From assembly GCA_951406725.2 (NCBI GenBank), contig OX597816.1, forward strand, positions 28,582,001 through 28,646,000: DNA of 64,000 nucleotides, given 5' to 3'. Position 1 is the first letter of the stretch, and every line of letters begins with the position of its first letter. Positions 27,121-41,043 of the stretch are shown here, piece after piece. Origin of the DNA: Octopus vulgaris. Taxonomy: Eukaryota. The position numbers and the translations under genes were made by a program. The notes beneath the pieces are model-generated. The model did no database searches. It saw only the letters and a list, made by a program, of their open reading frames with translations, and had not been told where the DNA came from.

Positions 27121-28318
27121 TCATATTTCACTATTTGATATGCAAATCGAATTTTCCCACTCTGCAGGATATTTCTCATCGCCAAAGATTACCATTCACT
27201 GATGTTCAGTAAGTGATGTTCTCAATAAACAGTGATAATTGGAAGGTATTTATTGTTGTTTCTTGTGACGTAACAAAATATCTTTGTTTGAAACTTACTA
27301 AGGATAAATTTTCCCCAATATAATTTACATACCAGCCTTAGATCTTCATGCCAAATGACATAACTACCACATCATCTTGTATGATATATACATGTGCATA
27401 TTCATACACAAATATATACGTACACGCGCACATACACACGCACAAATATATATATATACATACATATATATATATATATATATACACACATACGCACACA
27501 CGCATGCACATATAATATATGATGGTGGCTGCAACTCGATTTCAAACCATGTCATTGCTTAATTGTTTCTTTAATACACTACAGATATGGCTTTTCAGTC
27601 CTGCTAGAGACCTTAACTCTTTTCCATAAATGTAGTTAAGAATGACATCTTTTGCACGATTAATCATCTACATTTTACGGTTACGCACAACCATAGTATG
27701 TAACACTTTATTCCGATGTTAAAAATGCAGCGATATATGCACCAGAAGTTTCTTTGAAAATGTGGGCAGTCCTTGCAAAGGGCTACTCACACATGTAGGT
27801 GGGAAAAAGACCTTCTATTCCCACATATACGTAGTGATATAATAAATTCTGAAATTTCAACAGAACAATTACCACCAGTAAAATTGTAGGCTGTAAGAAA
27901 AGGTCATTAACAAGTTAATTGATCGATTTATTTATATATATATCTACCATTTAACTTCGATGAGTGGAAAAAAATTAGTAAAATTCAGGATATGTATGAC
28001 GCTTACTCTCACCAATTATAAATACATTCTGAAGGAAAGACAACGAGGAAAGGTGTGAGAAGGTAAAAGAGCTGTATATGACTGCGTCTCAAATTTTACT
28101 ACTCTTTAGTCATTCAACAATGTTGCCTTCATGCTGGCTAATCACATCAAAAAAAACAAAAAGTGAAAGTTTCGAGTCACAATGATACTTCTGATCTATC
28201 AGTCCTGGAAGAAACAAGCTGCATATCAAACTTAACATTTATCATCTTACTCACTACTTCTACAATCAAATACAGTCTTCTGAATAACCGCAATTCACTC
28301 TGGCCATTGAAAGATCAC

Positions 28319-28607
28319 GACAAACAACAAAAGTAGCAATATACGGATAAGACTCTGTAAAGTGAGGCATACTTGCCATCTCAATATGGCTAACCACTAA
28401 GGGTGGGTGTTACTGTAGCTTGTAGCCCCAGGAGGACATCGTCTCCAGCTGGCTTTAGGCACACTTTCTCCAGCCAGCTGGAGACGATGTTCTCCTGGGG
28501 CTACAAGCTACAGTAACACCCACCCTTAGTGGTTAGCCATATTAAGATGGCAAGTATACCTCACTTTACAGTGTCTTATCCGTATATTGCTACTTTTGTT
28601 GTTTGTC
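28319..28607. repeat. Near-perfect 136-bp inverted repeat with 17-nt spacer
   Basis: Arms 28319-28454 / 28472-28607; about 4 mismatches counted by eye. Confidence 0.95.
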
Positions 28608-29329
28608 TGATACCACACATTGTCATGCAGGTACTGTTTATACCTCGTTCAGAGATTTATTATTACTCAGTAAATTATAACCATACAAACTGAAAAAAGT
28701 TCGAACACAACTTAAGGCATACGCCAGTATAGCAGTATTGAAAATCACCTCGGGGTTACTGAAGAAGAGAATTAGTAAAATGTTAATATATACTGGCATG
28801 CACCTGCTGAGAGACGAATAATTAAATAGGTCACGCATGATCACATAAAGCGTGCTTCAGGGGGATTGAACGGAAAATGTCGATAGAAAACGTTTATATC
28901 ACCTCTCTGATAATTAGTGGACTGCGCTGCTTGATTCTGGCAACTGTTTCGTCGGCTTAAGACGTTTGATCTACTGCTTCAAGTATAAGGGACTGCTGCG
29001 CCATCTTCTCACAACAACTATGCTTAAAAGTACCCACTGGTGTACTGCACCGCCGTCAGGTAGTGAAGGTGCATGATCGGGGTTTGCAAGGAACTTCTTA
29101 TTGCAACTTGTCTCTTTGTTGGGGGGGGGGGCGGACTGGTCACCAGGTACTTTGAATGAGGTCAAGCATTCACCGTCCTCTAATAAACGGTCCGTGTGGC
29201 TAGTGGAAGTTGCACCATACCGATGTATAGTGATCTAATGACTTGAAAAGGAGACAAAATTCCAGGGAACTCCCTACGAATGAACTGGTTGGTTTCGTAC
29301 AGAAAACACTTTTACTGGGGTCTATGATT

Positions 29330-29760
29330 TTAACTTCTAGAAATTTTCGGCCTCCCGATCTCTTGAAGAGACATAACTGAAATGAAGCCAGAGGAGATTG
29401 TCTGCGACAAACATAGTGAAGTAACATCGTATCGTTCTACACGTTCTTCTTTATATCATCAGGGTTCTTTAGCCATGATTCTACCGTAAGGAATACAGTG
29501 CTGCCTGCTTATAGCAGAAGGTGAAGCAGATTATCAATGTAGACAGCACCCCCACTTTCAATATCTTCTTGGAAATAAAAATAAATGTGAAAAGGGAAGT
29601 ACGCTTCTTCAGTGAGTGGTTTTAATGTTTCGTAATTATAGTAAAAACAGACATGCATAACGTGTCAACTTACAATATGAGCCTGGAGATCGGAGAACAA
29701 GAGATGAGTATGGCTTTTTCTTTTTGATGACAAGGACTGTTTAGAATGGTGGGCTCATGA
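29330..29760 (-). pseudogene. Possible decayed rhodopsin-family GPCR fragment (TM5-TM7-like)
   Basis: ILISCSPISRLIL*VDTLCMSVFTIITKH*..SKKILKVGVLSTLIICFTFCY / STVFLTVESWL / QTISSGFISVMSLQEIGR; pattern resemblance only. Confidence 0.25.
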
Positions 29761-29943
29761 TCTTTCCTCTGGAAAATACACTTGCATGAGTAGGAATGTC
29801 TGATATTTGCCTGTTAAGTCATCATTTTAAACACATTAATTGTTTTCTTGTGGTAAATCAGTCGCATATTATTATCATCATTATCATTAATGTTGTTGTT
29901 GTTTTAATTATAATTATTACTTGTAGTAGTAGCAGTAGCAGTG

Positions 29944-29977
<34 letters not shown>

Positions 29978-30876
29978 TAGTAGTAGCAGTATAATTAATA
30001 GTTGTAGTTTTATTATCATTGTTGTTAACATCATATGTTGCGTCGTTATAGTTGTGTCTTTTGCAGAACCTGATACTATTTTATATTCTTGAAATGTGTG
30101 TCTAAATGTCCTTCAGTGATAAGAAATAGGATTTGTAATTACTACTTTTAGGTGTTGCTTTCAAAACCATTGTGGTTATCATGTATTCTCTGGCAGAAAA
30201 ATTTGTCTCTAGATATCTAAATGTAATTTGATTGCTCTCCTTCGAAGTCTCTAAGGCAGGAGGTTCCTGAAATGTTTTCTACTTGTTCATTTTAATGATT
30301 GGTCTTTGAGAAATGGCCATAGGATCTTATATAAATGAATGTAAAGAAATAAGAGGAACATTGGGTGAGAAAGACATTCTACAACAACGAAATTAATACA
30401 TCTCGAGCGAGCTCACTGTGGAAGTTACAATTTTATCAATTGGTTTTGGATTTGAGAAAAGTCTTTCTGTTCAATGATCACTTTCATTTTAGTTTTAATG
30501 TTATTCCTCTATTAGTTCCTATATTGCCAACTCTGAATGTAAATACGCTAAACCAATATTTTCTTGCCAACAAGTTTGACGTTTTGATTTTAATAAGCAC
30601 CGAATGTTCTTGTTATATATGTATAATCTCCACCAACTTTTTTGTCTATATATTTATGTATGTACACACCTAACGGAGGCCTCAAGAGATATTTTCATAT
30701 CCACAAAGATTAGAACTTAACTGCAGATCTTGGTAGTCCAAATCGGATATGCAATCAATGTGGGTGCCTTTTCAAATCATTGTCTGGTTTAAAAAAAGCC
30801 ACATCAGATGCCATGATGGTTCTAAGATGTTGGTACAGGAGGTGGTCAAACTCTGCATAAGGTGTAGAGAACCACC

Positions 30877-30961
<85 letters not shown>

Positions 30962-31558
30962 TGGGTGTGTGTGCATGGGTGTTGTTCAGTATAATATTTT
31001 TAATTAGAAGTTGAAAGAATGTGCTCCGAGTGTTTCTCATTTACGATAAGGTGTTCAACACATGTTTTCTTACACATGGCATCAAAACATTGATTTCAAA
31101 ATTCAAAATATTATTTTCACTATTGATGCCATAACAACAACATTCTGCATTTATTTCTGTCTATAGTAGTTGTTTAACCGATATTGCAATACTTTAATTT
31201 AAAACTATTTCAAAATGAAATTTACACAAAATATTTTTAGACTGTGTAATGTTAAATCAATATCGAACTGCATTGATAAATTCTCACAGCAGTACCTTAT
31301 AAAGTTGTGAACGGACTATAGAACAATGATTTTTGTCACTGACTTATAGAACCTAAAATGTTTAAGTTGTGACACATTATTGCTACAATTCGTTTCAGAT
31401 TTTAAACACATGAAAGCTATCATGAAGTGTCTCAACATATTTGATTTCTCTCTTCTTTTTTACTAAATTCTAGTCATGGTGTGGCCAACATTACTTTTCA
31501 TTCCTCCAAGAACGATAGACCTATACTCGTTGTGTGATACAATTCATATATCTTATTT

Positions 31559-31606
<48 letters not shown>

Positions 31607-32776
31607 TTAAAATAAAGTATTACTTTCTAGCTTAGCTTCATGTCAGGTCTGCTATATGAATGATTGATCAAAAGAAATTCAGCTATGGCCATATCGTGTG
31701 ATTAGGAGTCAGGGTAATCATTTCAAATGCTTTTGTATACTACTTAACGTCAATAGTCTGATGTATAATGACTTAGATAAAAAAAATGCAAGTAACGTTT
31801 TGTGTAATAGTGTAAATTTGTGACGAAATACATGACCATAATTATTTCACGCTACATGCAGCAAATTAGTGAATTCATTTGAGTACAAGATTTTATGCAT
31901 CAAATGTGCTCTGACTGTAATGTAGTTTTATAAATTTAAAGCCTAAAATTACAGACAGATGGTGGTGCACTGAGATCGAGGGAAGGATACGAAGAAGGAG
32001 AGGAAGGAGCGTAAAACAGATAAAAATAATGAGAGAGTACTCGATGGATTCTGACATAGTCAGAGAAAGAGTAAGATGGAAAGTGAAATCAGGATAAATG
32101 AGACAGATTAAGAGATTCGCAGAAAATGATAGTAATAGAGGAAAAGAGACTTTGAAAGCGAGTGAGAAAGATAGAAAGCAAGATTGGGCGATGACGCAAA
32201 AGAAAGGAGAAAGAATGTGTGTGTCTGTGTGTGAATATGTGTGTGTGTTTCTGTGTGTGTGAATCTGTGTGTGTGAATCTGTGTGTGTGAATGTGTGTGT
32301 GAATCTCTGTGTGTGTCTGTGTGTGTATGTGAATTTACGTGTGTAACTTAATTACTACATTTTGAATCTCGTCAAACGTAAAGCCATCGACTGAGAAATA
32401 AAGCAATATCACTGGGGAAATCTGTATAATAGGAAATATTCAAAGACAGAATCATGATATTGAATGGGAAGTAGGCACGAGTTTATTTTTACAGTTAGAA
32501 GAAATACTTGCAAGAATTGTAGGAATGTAATCGCAAAGATCTTTTTAAAATAACAGGATTTTCATTGTCCTTTGAAGCATTGATATTTAGAGTATATATA
32601 CATTAGGATACATTAGGAAGCATCTGAGAAACATTTTAGGAGGCGGATTGAATAAAAGATAAATCATCGTATGCTATTGAAACTATGTTTGTTATATCAG
32701 ATCGTCCCAGTGAGATATATTGTAAGAGGCACTTTTTTTTTTATCACGCTAAATAATGGTAAATGTGGAATCTGTA

Positions 32777-33365
32777 TACTTTAGTAATGATCTGTGGATG
32801 GAAGAGTTTGATAAATTAAAGAATATTGAGGAATTTAGAATTTAATATAGGATCGGTGGCTACTTCTAAAGCCGAACGTGAGGAATATAGAACAAGTAGT
32901 TTTCTTTTGATTGAATGAAGGCAAAGATAATAAATGTTTGAAGAAATTGGCGTCGTTGTGCATCATCAAAAATGTATACAGTATTCGTGACTATACAAAC
33001 ACATATAATCAATGTATTATAGTAAACATGGGCATCGATATGTCTATAAAGGCGTGTGAGTTTCATATCGAAATTCTCAAAAGAATATATAAATCGTAGG
33101 TGATGAAATTTAATGCCAGAAAAAGCAGCGTTACACTTTGCTTTCTTCTTAAGAGACGAGTAGTTTTTACTGGTGTCAACTGCTTAGAATTGTCCTTACA
33201 ATGTAGAAGTGAGGCTTACCAATACTGCGAGCTTGGCACTAAAGTGAAAGGGGAAACCTGTATAATGAAGAGTGTGATAGTAATCATAACACTTTCTAAC
33301 GAGATTGCGAAGTTAGCGTTAAAAATGTGAATACCATTAACAAAATTTATATGTAATAGTCGTAA

Positions 33366-33452
<87 letters not shown>

Positions 33453-34665
33453 AAGAATCATTTCAAAATGAAGTGATATTAGTGAAGAAAAGGTTGAAAT
33501 GCAGACAGATTGTATGAATGTTGAGGTTAAAATATATATGTTTATAATGCCGCATGAAAAATGTGTTGGACGTGCTGATAGAGGAAATAAATGAGAAGTC
33601 TATAGCTTTCTAACTATAGCTTGACAGGACAATAGAAAACGTGAATTTGAACGCCTTATAAATTGGTTGGCATCGTTTGAAGCTTGAAATATATATATAT
33701 ATAAAATGTAATATGTTGATCACTGTTATACATTTCACTAGCTTGGATTGGGTTGAGCATAAAAGATGCTTGGCGAGCTGGCAGAAACGTTAGCGCGCCG
33801 GACGAAATGCTGAGCGGTATTTCGTCTGCCGCTAAGTTCTGAGTTCAAATTCCGCCGAGGTCGACTTTGCCTTTCATCCTTTCGGGGTCGATAAATTAAG
33901 TACCAGTTACGCACAGGGGTCGATGTAATCGACTTTGTTTGTTATACCTATGTCTGTCCTTGTTTGTCCCCTCTATGTTTAGCCCCTTGTGGGTTATAAA
34001 GAAGTAGGTATAATAAATGGTGAAATATGCGCGGAAGTTGGACAGGCGGGAATTATACTTTAGTAATGATCTGTGGATGGAAGACAGTTTGATAAATTAA
34101 AGAATATTGAGGAATTTAGAATTTAATATAGGATCGGTGGCTACTTCTAAAAGAACGTGAGGAAATATAGAACAAGTAGTTTTCTTTTGATTGAGATGAA
34201 GGCAAAGATAATACAATGTTTGAAGAAATTAGGCGTCGTTGTGCATCATCAAAAATGTATACAGTGATTCGTGACTATACAAACACATATAATCAGTATT
34301 ATAGTAAACATAGGCATCGGTAATATGTTCGTATAAAGGCGTGTGAGTTTTATATCGAAATTCTCAAAGAATATATAGAAAATGGTAAGTGAATGCACGG
34401 GTAACTTTTAAATTGGAAATTGCAGCGTTACACTTTGCTTTCTTCTTAAGAGACGAGTAGTTTTTACTGGTGTCAACTGCTTAGAATTGTCCTTACAATG
34501 TAGAAGTGAGGCTTACCAATACTGCGAGCTGCAAAACAGTGTTCCAGGGGGATCAAGGAAAAGTAGAAAGAGTGTGATAGTAATCATAACACTTTCTAAC
34601 GAGATTGCGAAGTTAGCGTTAAAAATTTGAATACCATTAACAAAATTTATATGTAATAGTCGTAA

Positions 34666-34752
<87 letters not shown>

Positions 34753-35178
34753 AAGAATCATTTCAAAATGAAGTGATATTAGTGAAGAAAAGGTTGAAAT
34801 GCAGACAGATTGTATGAATGTTGAGGTTAAAATATATATGTTTATAATGCCGCATGAAAAATGTGTTGGACGTGCTGATAGAGGAAATAAATGAGAAGTC
34901 TATAGCTTTCTAACTATAGCTTGACAGGACAATAGAAAACGTGAATTTGAACGCCTTATAAATTGGTTGGCATCGTTTGAAGCTTGAAATATATATATAT
35001 ATAAAATGTAATATGTTGATCACTGTTATACATTTCACTAGCTTGGATTGGGTTGAGCATAAAAGATGCTTGGCGAGCTGGCAGAAACGTTAGCGCGCCG
35101 GACGAAATGCTGAGCGGTATTTCGTCTGCCGCTAAGTTCTGAGTTCAAATTCCGCCGAGGTCGACTTTGCCTTTCATG
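32777..35178 (+). repeat. Tandem duplication, ~32777-33878 vs ~34055-35178 (offset 1300 in the distal part)
   Basis: cgtaatcaca at 33361 and 34661; acaagaatca at 33451 and 34751; identical (AAT)n length. Confidence 0.95.
33771..34010 (+). mobile_element. tRNA-derived SINE S2 (full); truncated duplicate at 35071-35178
   Basis: ggcgagctggcagaaacgttagc..gagttcaaattcc (B box)..gtcgactttgcctttcatcctttcggggtcgataaattaagtaccag. Confidence 0.9.
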
Positions 35179-35184
35179 AATACT

Positions 35185-35356
35185 CTGAAACATGTCTGCA
35201 GATGCCTGACCAGCAAGGGGAAACGGCTGACCTCCCTTCTTCGGAGGTTATAATGGACACAGGGTCGTGTGTCATATAACTAGCTAGAGGCGATGGCCTC
35301 TTGGAGCTAATCAACAGCAGCTTTCGTCCTATATTTATGGACTGCCATATTAGCTG
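35185..35356 (+). repeat. Structured dispersed repeat related to the arms of the 28.3-28.6 kb hairpin
   Basis: gtgtgtcatataactagctagaggcgatggcctcttggagcta..gccatatt vs gtgtgcctaaagccagctggagacgatgtcctcctggggcta..gccatatt. Confidence 0.6.
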
Positions 35357-36989
35357 GAAATGAAAATAATATCGACTTTATGAATGTGTTGTAACATCTA
35401 TCTGTTTTCTAAGAAGACAATGAACGCTACATACAGAGACAGAGCGAGAGAGAGATGAAGAGAGAGATGACAATGAGAAGGAGAGAAATGATAGAATTGT
35501 CTCAGATCTCATGTCCCACAATTGAACAAGGCATGTACCAAGTAAATGATCCTGAAAGAAGTACATCACTAGGAGGACGAAAGATTTGGAACTGTGGATT
35601 TAATATCTATGAAAATGTAGACTAAATGACCCCTCCCTAAAGTGGATGGGTTTCACATTTCTATGTCTCTTTTCTGGTGTGAGTTGTCTATGGAATATTT
35701 CTGATATCAACAAATGTATATCTATCAACATTGTGAGAGGACTTGATATGTTGGGTTTATGGAAAGAAAGGTATTATGGCCCACATCTTCGTAGCATTTA
35801 AAACATAAAGTAACCAAGGTAGCGGCTAGAGAACTTGCTCGCGGCAAGCAACCACAACCTGGAATAAGAGAGATGCAAAAGACGCATACACCATGGGAAG
35901 AAGGAGGAAGAGATGCTATTCACTAGCAGAAGAGGAGCCCCAGTCATAGACAATACGTGGAGAATCAAAGAAAAATGCGGCTGACTACGCCGGGTGTCAT
36001 TGTATTTCATCAAGAAAACAAACAAAGAAACATCACTGAAAAATAAATAAGCAAGAAAACATTGAACATTGCATCAACAAAAATTTTGCCAGGTTTGAAT
36101 CGATATTAAAGCTTTGCCATATTGTCGTTTTAAGTAGTGGGGGACCTAATTTAGAGTAAATTTCTCATACGGGCTAACTATTTTCGTGTTTTAACTTGAA
36201 GAATCTGGATTTTACTCGTGTTCAGTTGAGTAGCTACAGGGTTAGCATGTGTATTAGTTCAACAAACACAATGTAGGCAATGAATTTATTTTCTTTATCA
36301 ATGAGTAACGAATTTCTTGCCAAATGTTCTAACGTAGATGAATGTTCGTCCTTACAGTTAATCTTGTAGCACTATTGCATTCGTATCCGATATCTGAGAA
36401 AAAAGACCATTCATAGAAATTTTGCAAGATGGGGTTCTTTTAAAACCATGCAACTACCGTTATCCTGCCCCAAATCCATCAAGATTGTTTTTTTGTTAAA
36501 TTTCGTAATTAGGTATTAGTGTTTATATTCGGGGCATATATTTCCTAACTCAAGGAATGTATAAGATGGTTTATGTCTTCCTGTGAGCAAGTTGCGTATC
36601 TTCTGATTTCCTCAGGGGACAATTGAAGGTAGAAACTGTATCACGAAAAGGCTGTATTCTAGCAGTGGATATGGGGCAATTTCTTCTGAATAGTGGTAGC
36701 ATTAATAAACTTATATTGAACTTTAGTAAGACAAAGTGAATTTAACATCCCATGAGTGGCAACAAAATAAAATCCATCCTTGTAATCGAACCAGACTGAG
36801 GCCGAATTCCTTCTAAGCGGCTGTACATTTGCAAGCCTCTTCCTTCCTAGCTTGCCTATATGTACATATATTCATATGTATGTGTATATACGTATATACA
36901 TACACATATATACGTAGATACATGCATACGCACACATACACACATACCCACATGCATACATATACGTACATATATATATATATATATAG

Positions 36990-37020
<31 letters not shown>

Positions 37021-37025
37021 CATAC

Positions 37026-37158
<133 letters not shown>

Positions 37159-38204
37159 GAACGAATAATAGCTCATTAGTATTGAAGTTACCTTGAATAT
37201 ATCTTCTATTGATTATACTAATATTCTCTTTCAGCTTTGCTTCTATATTTTGATTAAGTTTTTCAAGCAACGAGTCGTATTTCATGTTTGTTTTCTACTC
37301 TTAAGGTTTCCGCAGTAAGAACATATTGGAATATATGACAACATTATTTCAAGGTAATCTATATTAGACTGAATTTTATTAATAGATTGTATTGATTAAC
37401 AAAGATTGTAGGCTATGAACTTTTTTTTTTATTATTTATAGCATAACGTTTATCCGGATGTCATCGTATTTCATTTATAGATATTTATAAATGCTCTAAA
37501 CAAAGGTAATTTCTAATCTTAGGTCGACATGAATAAATGAGACAGTACATCCATTCCTGACACAGATTAAAATATTAGACATGTTGGGAAAGACATACAT
37601 CATTAGATATGTTGATTCAGCTGTCGTATCAAACGACTAATTATCATTTTGTAAAACATAGAGTTGATCTTAATTATATTTAGTTCAGACACATATTGGT
37701 GAAGCGAATGAACAGGAAAAAGAAAAGGAACAAAGGAACACAAAAATCTGCTTCGGTGTATTGATTAAAGTAATATCTGAATTACATATTGGTTTGCTCT
37801 ATTTCTGGTTCGTATTCGGTGTTATGAAAAGGCAAATAACTTGTAGAGTTGTGTAAATTATGAGGTATTTCAACTGTGAAAGTAGTTCGATGCACCGGCT
37901 AAGATGATACGTTTTCCCTTTTACGTGGTTTTGAATTTTTCTCACATTAATGATTGAAGTGCCATCAAAAACCATTTAACGTTGTTGATGACATTTACGC
38001 AATATATACTCACTATATGAAAACGATAGACTCAGCAGATGTGTAACAAAATCTCATTCATAATAGATTCTCTCGCCAGGTACGGCAATATTTGATGCCA
38101 CCTACCACGAGAAAGAATATATTTTGTTATCAATAAAAAATTCTGAAACCTTATTTATAATGTTGAATAAAAGACAGGGACAGAATTAAACAAGTAAAAC
38201 GACC

Positions 38205-39210
38205 ATTTTCATGCATGAAAAGTTGTCTGAAAGTTCTCTGATAATATGCCTTGAAATTAACCATTGAGTCTTAATAAATTGGTTGGGGAATAAAGTATCC
38301 GTGGGGATACACTCTATTTTCACATTATCGGCTTACATTTTCTGTCTTGGTGCATTGTTTAAAAGGCACAATTGCTTGTTGCAAATGTCACGTCTGATTA
38401 TGCATCTTTCTACAACAGGACAAAAGTATTTGTCAACCATTCTTGAAAAAGATATTAACCTTCTATGCTATCTTACTTGATGATCAAGGCAGGTTAGGTT
38501 GAAATTTTTGTAACACTTGAACGACCCTGAATGTCCTAAGCGATAAACGAGTAAGGTTATAATATAAATCACTTGCAGCATTTCCTTCCTGATGGAACGT
38601 CAGATAATTTCGGGAAGATTAAAATTTTGGTGTTTCTATTTTTTCATGAAATATAAAAGATTTAGCAAGCATGCACTTCCAGAAGAATACTTTATCTCGT
38701 GTGTAGCCACCTTCGGAAATCACTTCTTGAGCCCCATGGGATAATAAGAAGCAACATCTGTCTCATCACTAGCAGTTTCACCAATCATATTTATGTTGTA
38801 CAGATTGAAACACCCCTTTAACCTTTTAATTCAGCGTGTTCTAACCTGTAAACCGTTTTCTTAGAATCTTAGCTTTCATGTTCTCGCAAATCATTTCCCG
38901 AACTTTTAACATTTTCTTCATTATCATCGTGCTTATCGACACGTAAGCTCATGCTTGATGCCACTCAAAAGCTAATCGCTTTCGTACATCAGATTTTCTC
39001 AATGAACATAAGACCCCAGCATTTAACAGGCGGCATCTTTTTGAGTACTTAATTGTCTCTCTATTGCAAGTTATCACCACTTCTTTAGACCTTCTAAACT
39101 TTAATATGACAAAGATTATTTAGTTATTTGGCGTTAAATTTCTGTAAAACATCAAGTTCAATATCCTTTGCATTTCCTTTACGTGCGACTGACTGTAGTT
39201 TCACATTATA
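38205..39210 (-). mobile_element. Tigger/pogo-family DNA transposon, decayed transposase
   Basis: FNLYNINMIGETASDETDVASYYPMGLKK..SEGGYTRDKVFFWKCM; LTFHQEGNAASD; FQEWLTNTF; LLNNAP; NFKAYY; all match CENP-B/Tigger DDE motifs. Confidence 0.85.
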
Positions 39211-39451
39211 GGTTCTTTCCAGACACCTTAACTTGTAGATAAACGTATTGGGAATAGAACATAAGCATTCAAAATAAAGATATTGCAAAAATATAGTATC
39301 ATGATAAGGTCGTTTAATGAGGGGAAAATCTGTTGTCCCACCCTTATTAGGATGGCCCTCAGTGGTAGGTTATTTGTTGCACTAGATCTGATATCGAGTA
39401 CAGTTACAGAAGTGTTCTTGATATGTAATGGTGGATATGTGTGTGTATTTG

Positions 39452-39493
<42 letters not shown>

Positions 39494-39632
39494 TAGGCGA
39501 ATGAATTATCCTAGTATTGATAATTCGGTTAATCGATACCTGGGTAGCAAATTCACGTCAGAAAACACGGTTGTAGCTACATGCCAAGGGTAGAAACCCC
39601 GTGTTCTTGTGTGGTAATTTGTATATTTTTAA

Positions 39633-39958
39633 AAATGAATGAATGAAAGAATGGAGTCGAACGAAGATTTTAACAAAATTCCTTTACTTTCAACACATGT
39701 TTCGAAGACTGCATATTCTTAATTCCGAAGGAATAAAGGGTGCATGGTATTCACAGTGAACACCATGTAGGAAGCCATAAAAAAGTTTTTGTCCGTCTTG
39801 AGGCTGATAGAGGTTCCTTGTCTTTCCTGATGAGAAGACGGTATAATGCACCCTTTATTCCTTCGGAATTAAGAATATGCAGTCTTCGAAACATGTGTTG
39901 AAAGTAAAGGAATTTTGTTAAAATGTTCGTTCGACTCCATTCTTTCATTTATTCATTT
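39633..39958. mobile_element. Fold-back element, 113-bp arms 39633-39745 / 39846-39958
   Basis: Arms are near-identical reverse complements around a 100-bp spacer; the right arm plus spacer holds a complete HHR. Confidence 0.9.
39822..39904 (+). ncRNA. Type-I hammerhead ribozyme (intact core)
   Basis: ctttc CTGATGA(39827-39833) gaagac..gtcttc GAAA(39888-39891) catgt GTT gaaag; 5-bp stem I, 6-bp stem II base; predicted cut after 39899. Confidence 0.88.
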
Positions 39959-40023
<65 letters not shown>

Positions 40024-40110
40024 GCATATATATGCATGTAATTACATATGATGTAAATGAAGATTCCAGTACACATTTTCTTCCACATTGATAATTTAGT
40101 ATATATATAG

Positions 40111-40363
40111 AAGAAGGAAAAGAATGTGGAGATTCAGATAGTAATTGTTTATTATTAACAACAAATTAATCATCATCCATTAGAGATGTTTCAATTAACA
40201 GTCGGTAAATATTTAGTAAATAATAAATATATGACACTGAAGATATTATGCAAAGGTCATATAAATTTCATATATACTTAAAGAGCTGTATGAAATGATG
40301 ATTAATTTGCTGTTAATAATAAACAATTATTAATTTCCCCATCTCCATTTTCTTTTTCTTCTT
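40111..40363. repeat. Fold-back element, arms 40111-40176 / 40295-40363, with degenerate HHR remnant
   Basis: taattgtttattattaaca.caaattaatcatcat and its reverse complement; CTGAAGA at ~40237 and (t)aaagagctgta at ~40280. Confidence 0.75.
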
Positions 40364-40509
40364 TTATATGAATATAAGCTATATGTTTTCATATATATAT
40401 ACACATATATATATATTATTTTAAGGAAATTAATTTCCCCAAAATACTAGGTATTGAACCAGTATTTCCTAGGATTGAATCATCCGTTCATAAGGTTAAC
40501 ACCACATTT

Positions 40510-40580
<71 letters not shown>

Positions 40581-40584
40581 TTCA

Positions 40585-40982
40585 GAAAAATATAGATTCA
40601 TATGAATATGGTACTTAAGTTAAAGGCACCAGAATTTGGTATGGTATTATCCATATAAATCAAATGGAGTGATTATAATCAAAATAAGCAAGAAGGATAT
40701 CCAAAGGTAGTGTAGTACAATCGTTTCATGCTACTTCATTTAATTAAATAATGTAAGTATTACATCGGTTTTAAAATGTAGAGCACGCTTCAACCACATA
40801 TAGAATTTTACTTAAATTGACAATGTTCATTTGTATACTCATTCTATTTGCCAACATTACAAAGAGGGTAGATATATTGACAGAGAGGTGAATTTCATCA
40901 ATAAGAACTTGGTAGTAGATCTTTTCCTCGTGGGCAGATTAAAAAATCTGCTACCTTTGGTTATGCTTGTTGCTTATTTTAA

Positions 40983-40987
<5 letters not shown>
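40585..40987 (-). mobile_element. Older copy of the 41038/43006 terminal repeat, with its own short inverted arm at 40949-40987
   Basis: Reverse complement of 42880-43097; degenerate HHR (GAAAcgattGTA retained). Confidence 0.7.

Positions 40988-41037
<50 letters not shown>

Positions 41038-41043
<6 letters not shown>

Noticed and set aside
30755-30880. Minus peptide YAEFDHLLYQHLRTIMASDVA resembling a PLE RT motif
   Set aside because: Too short and divergent to call without a search.
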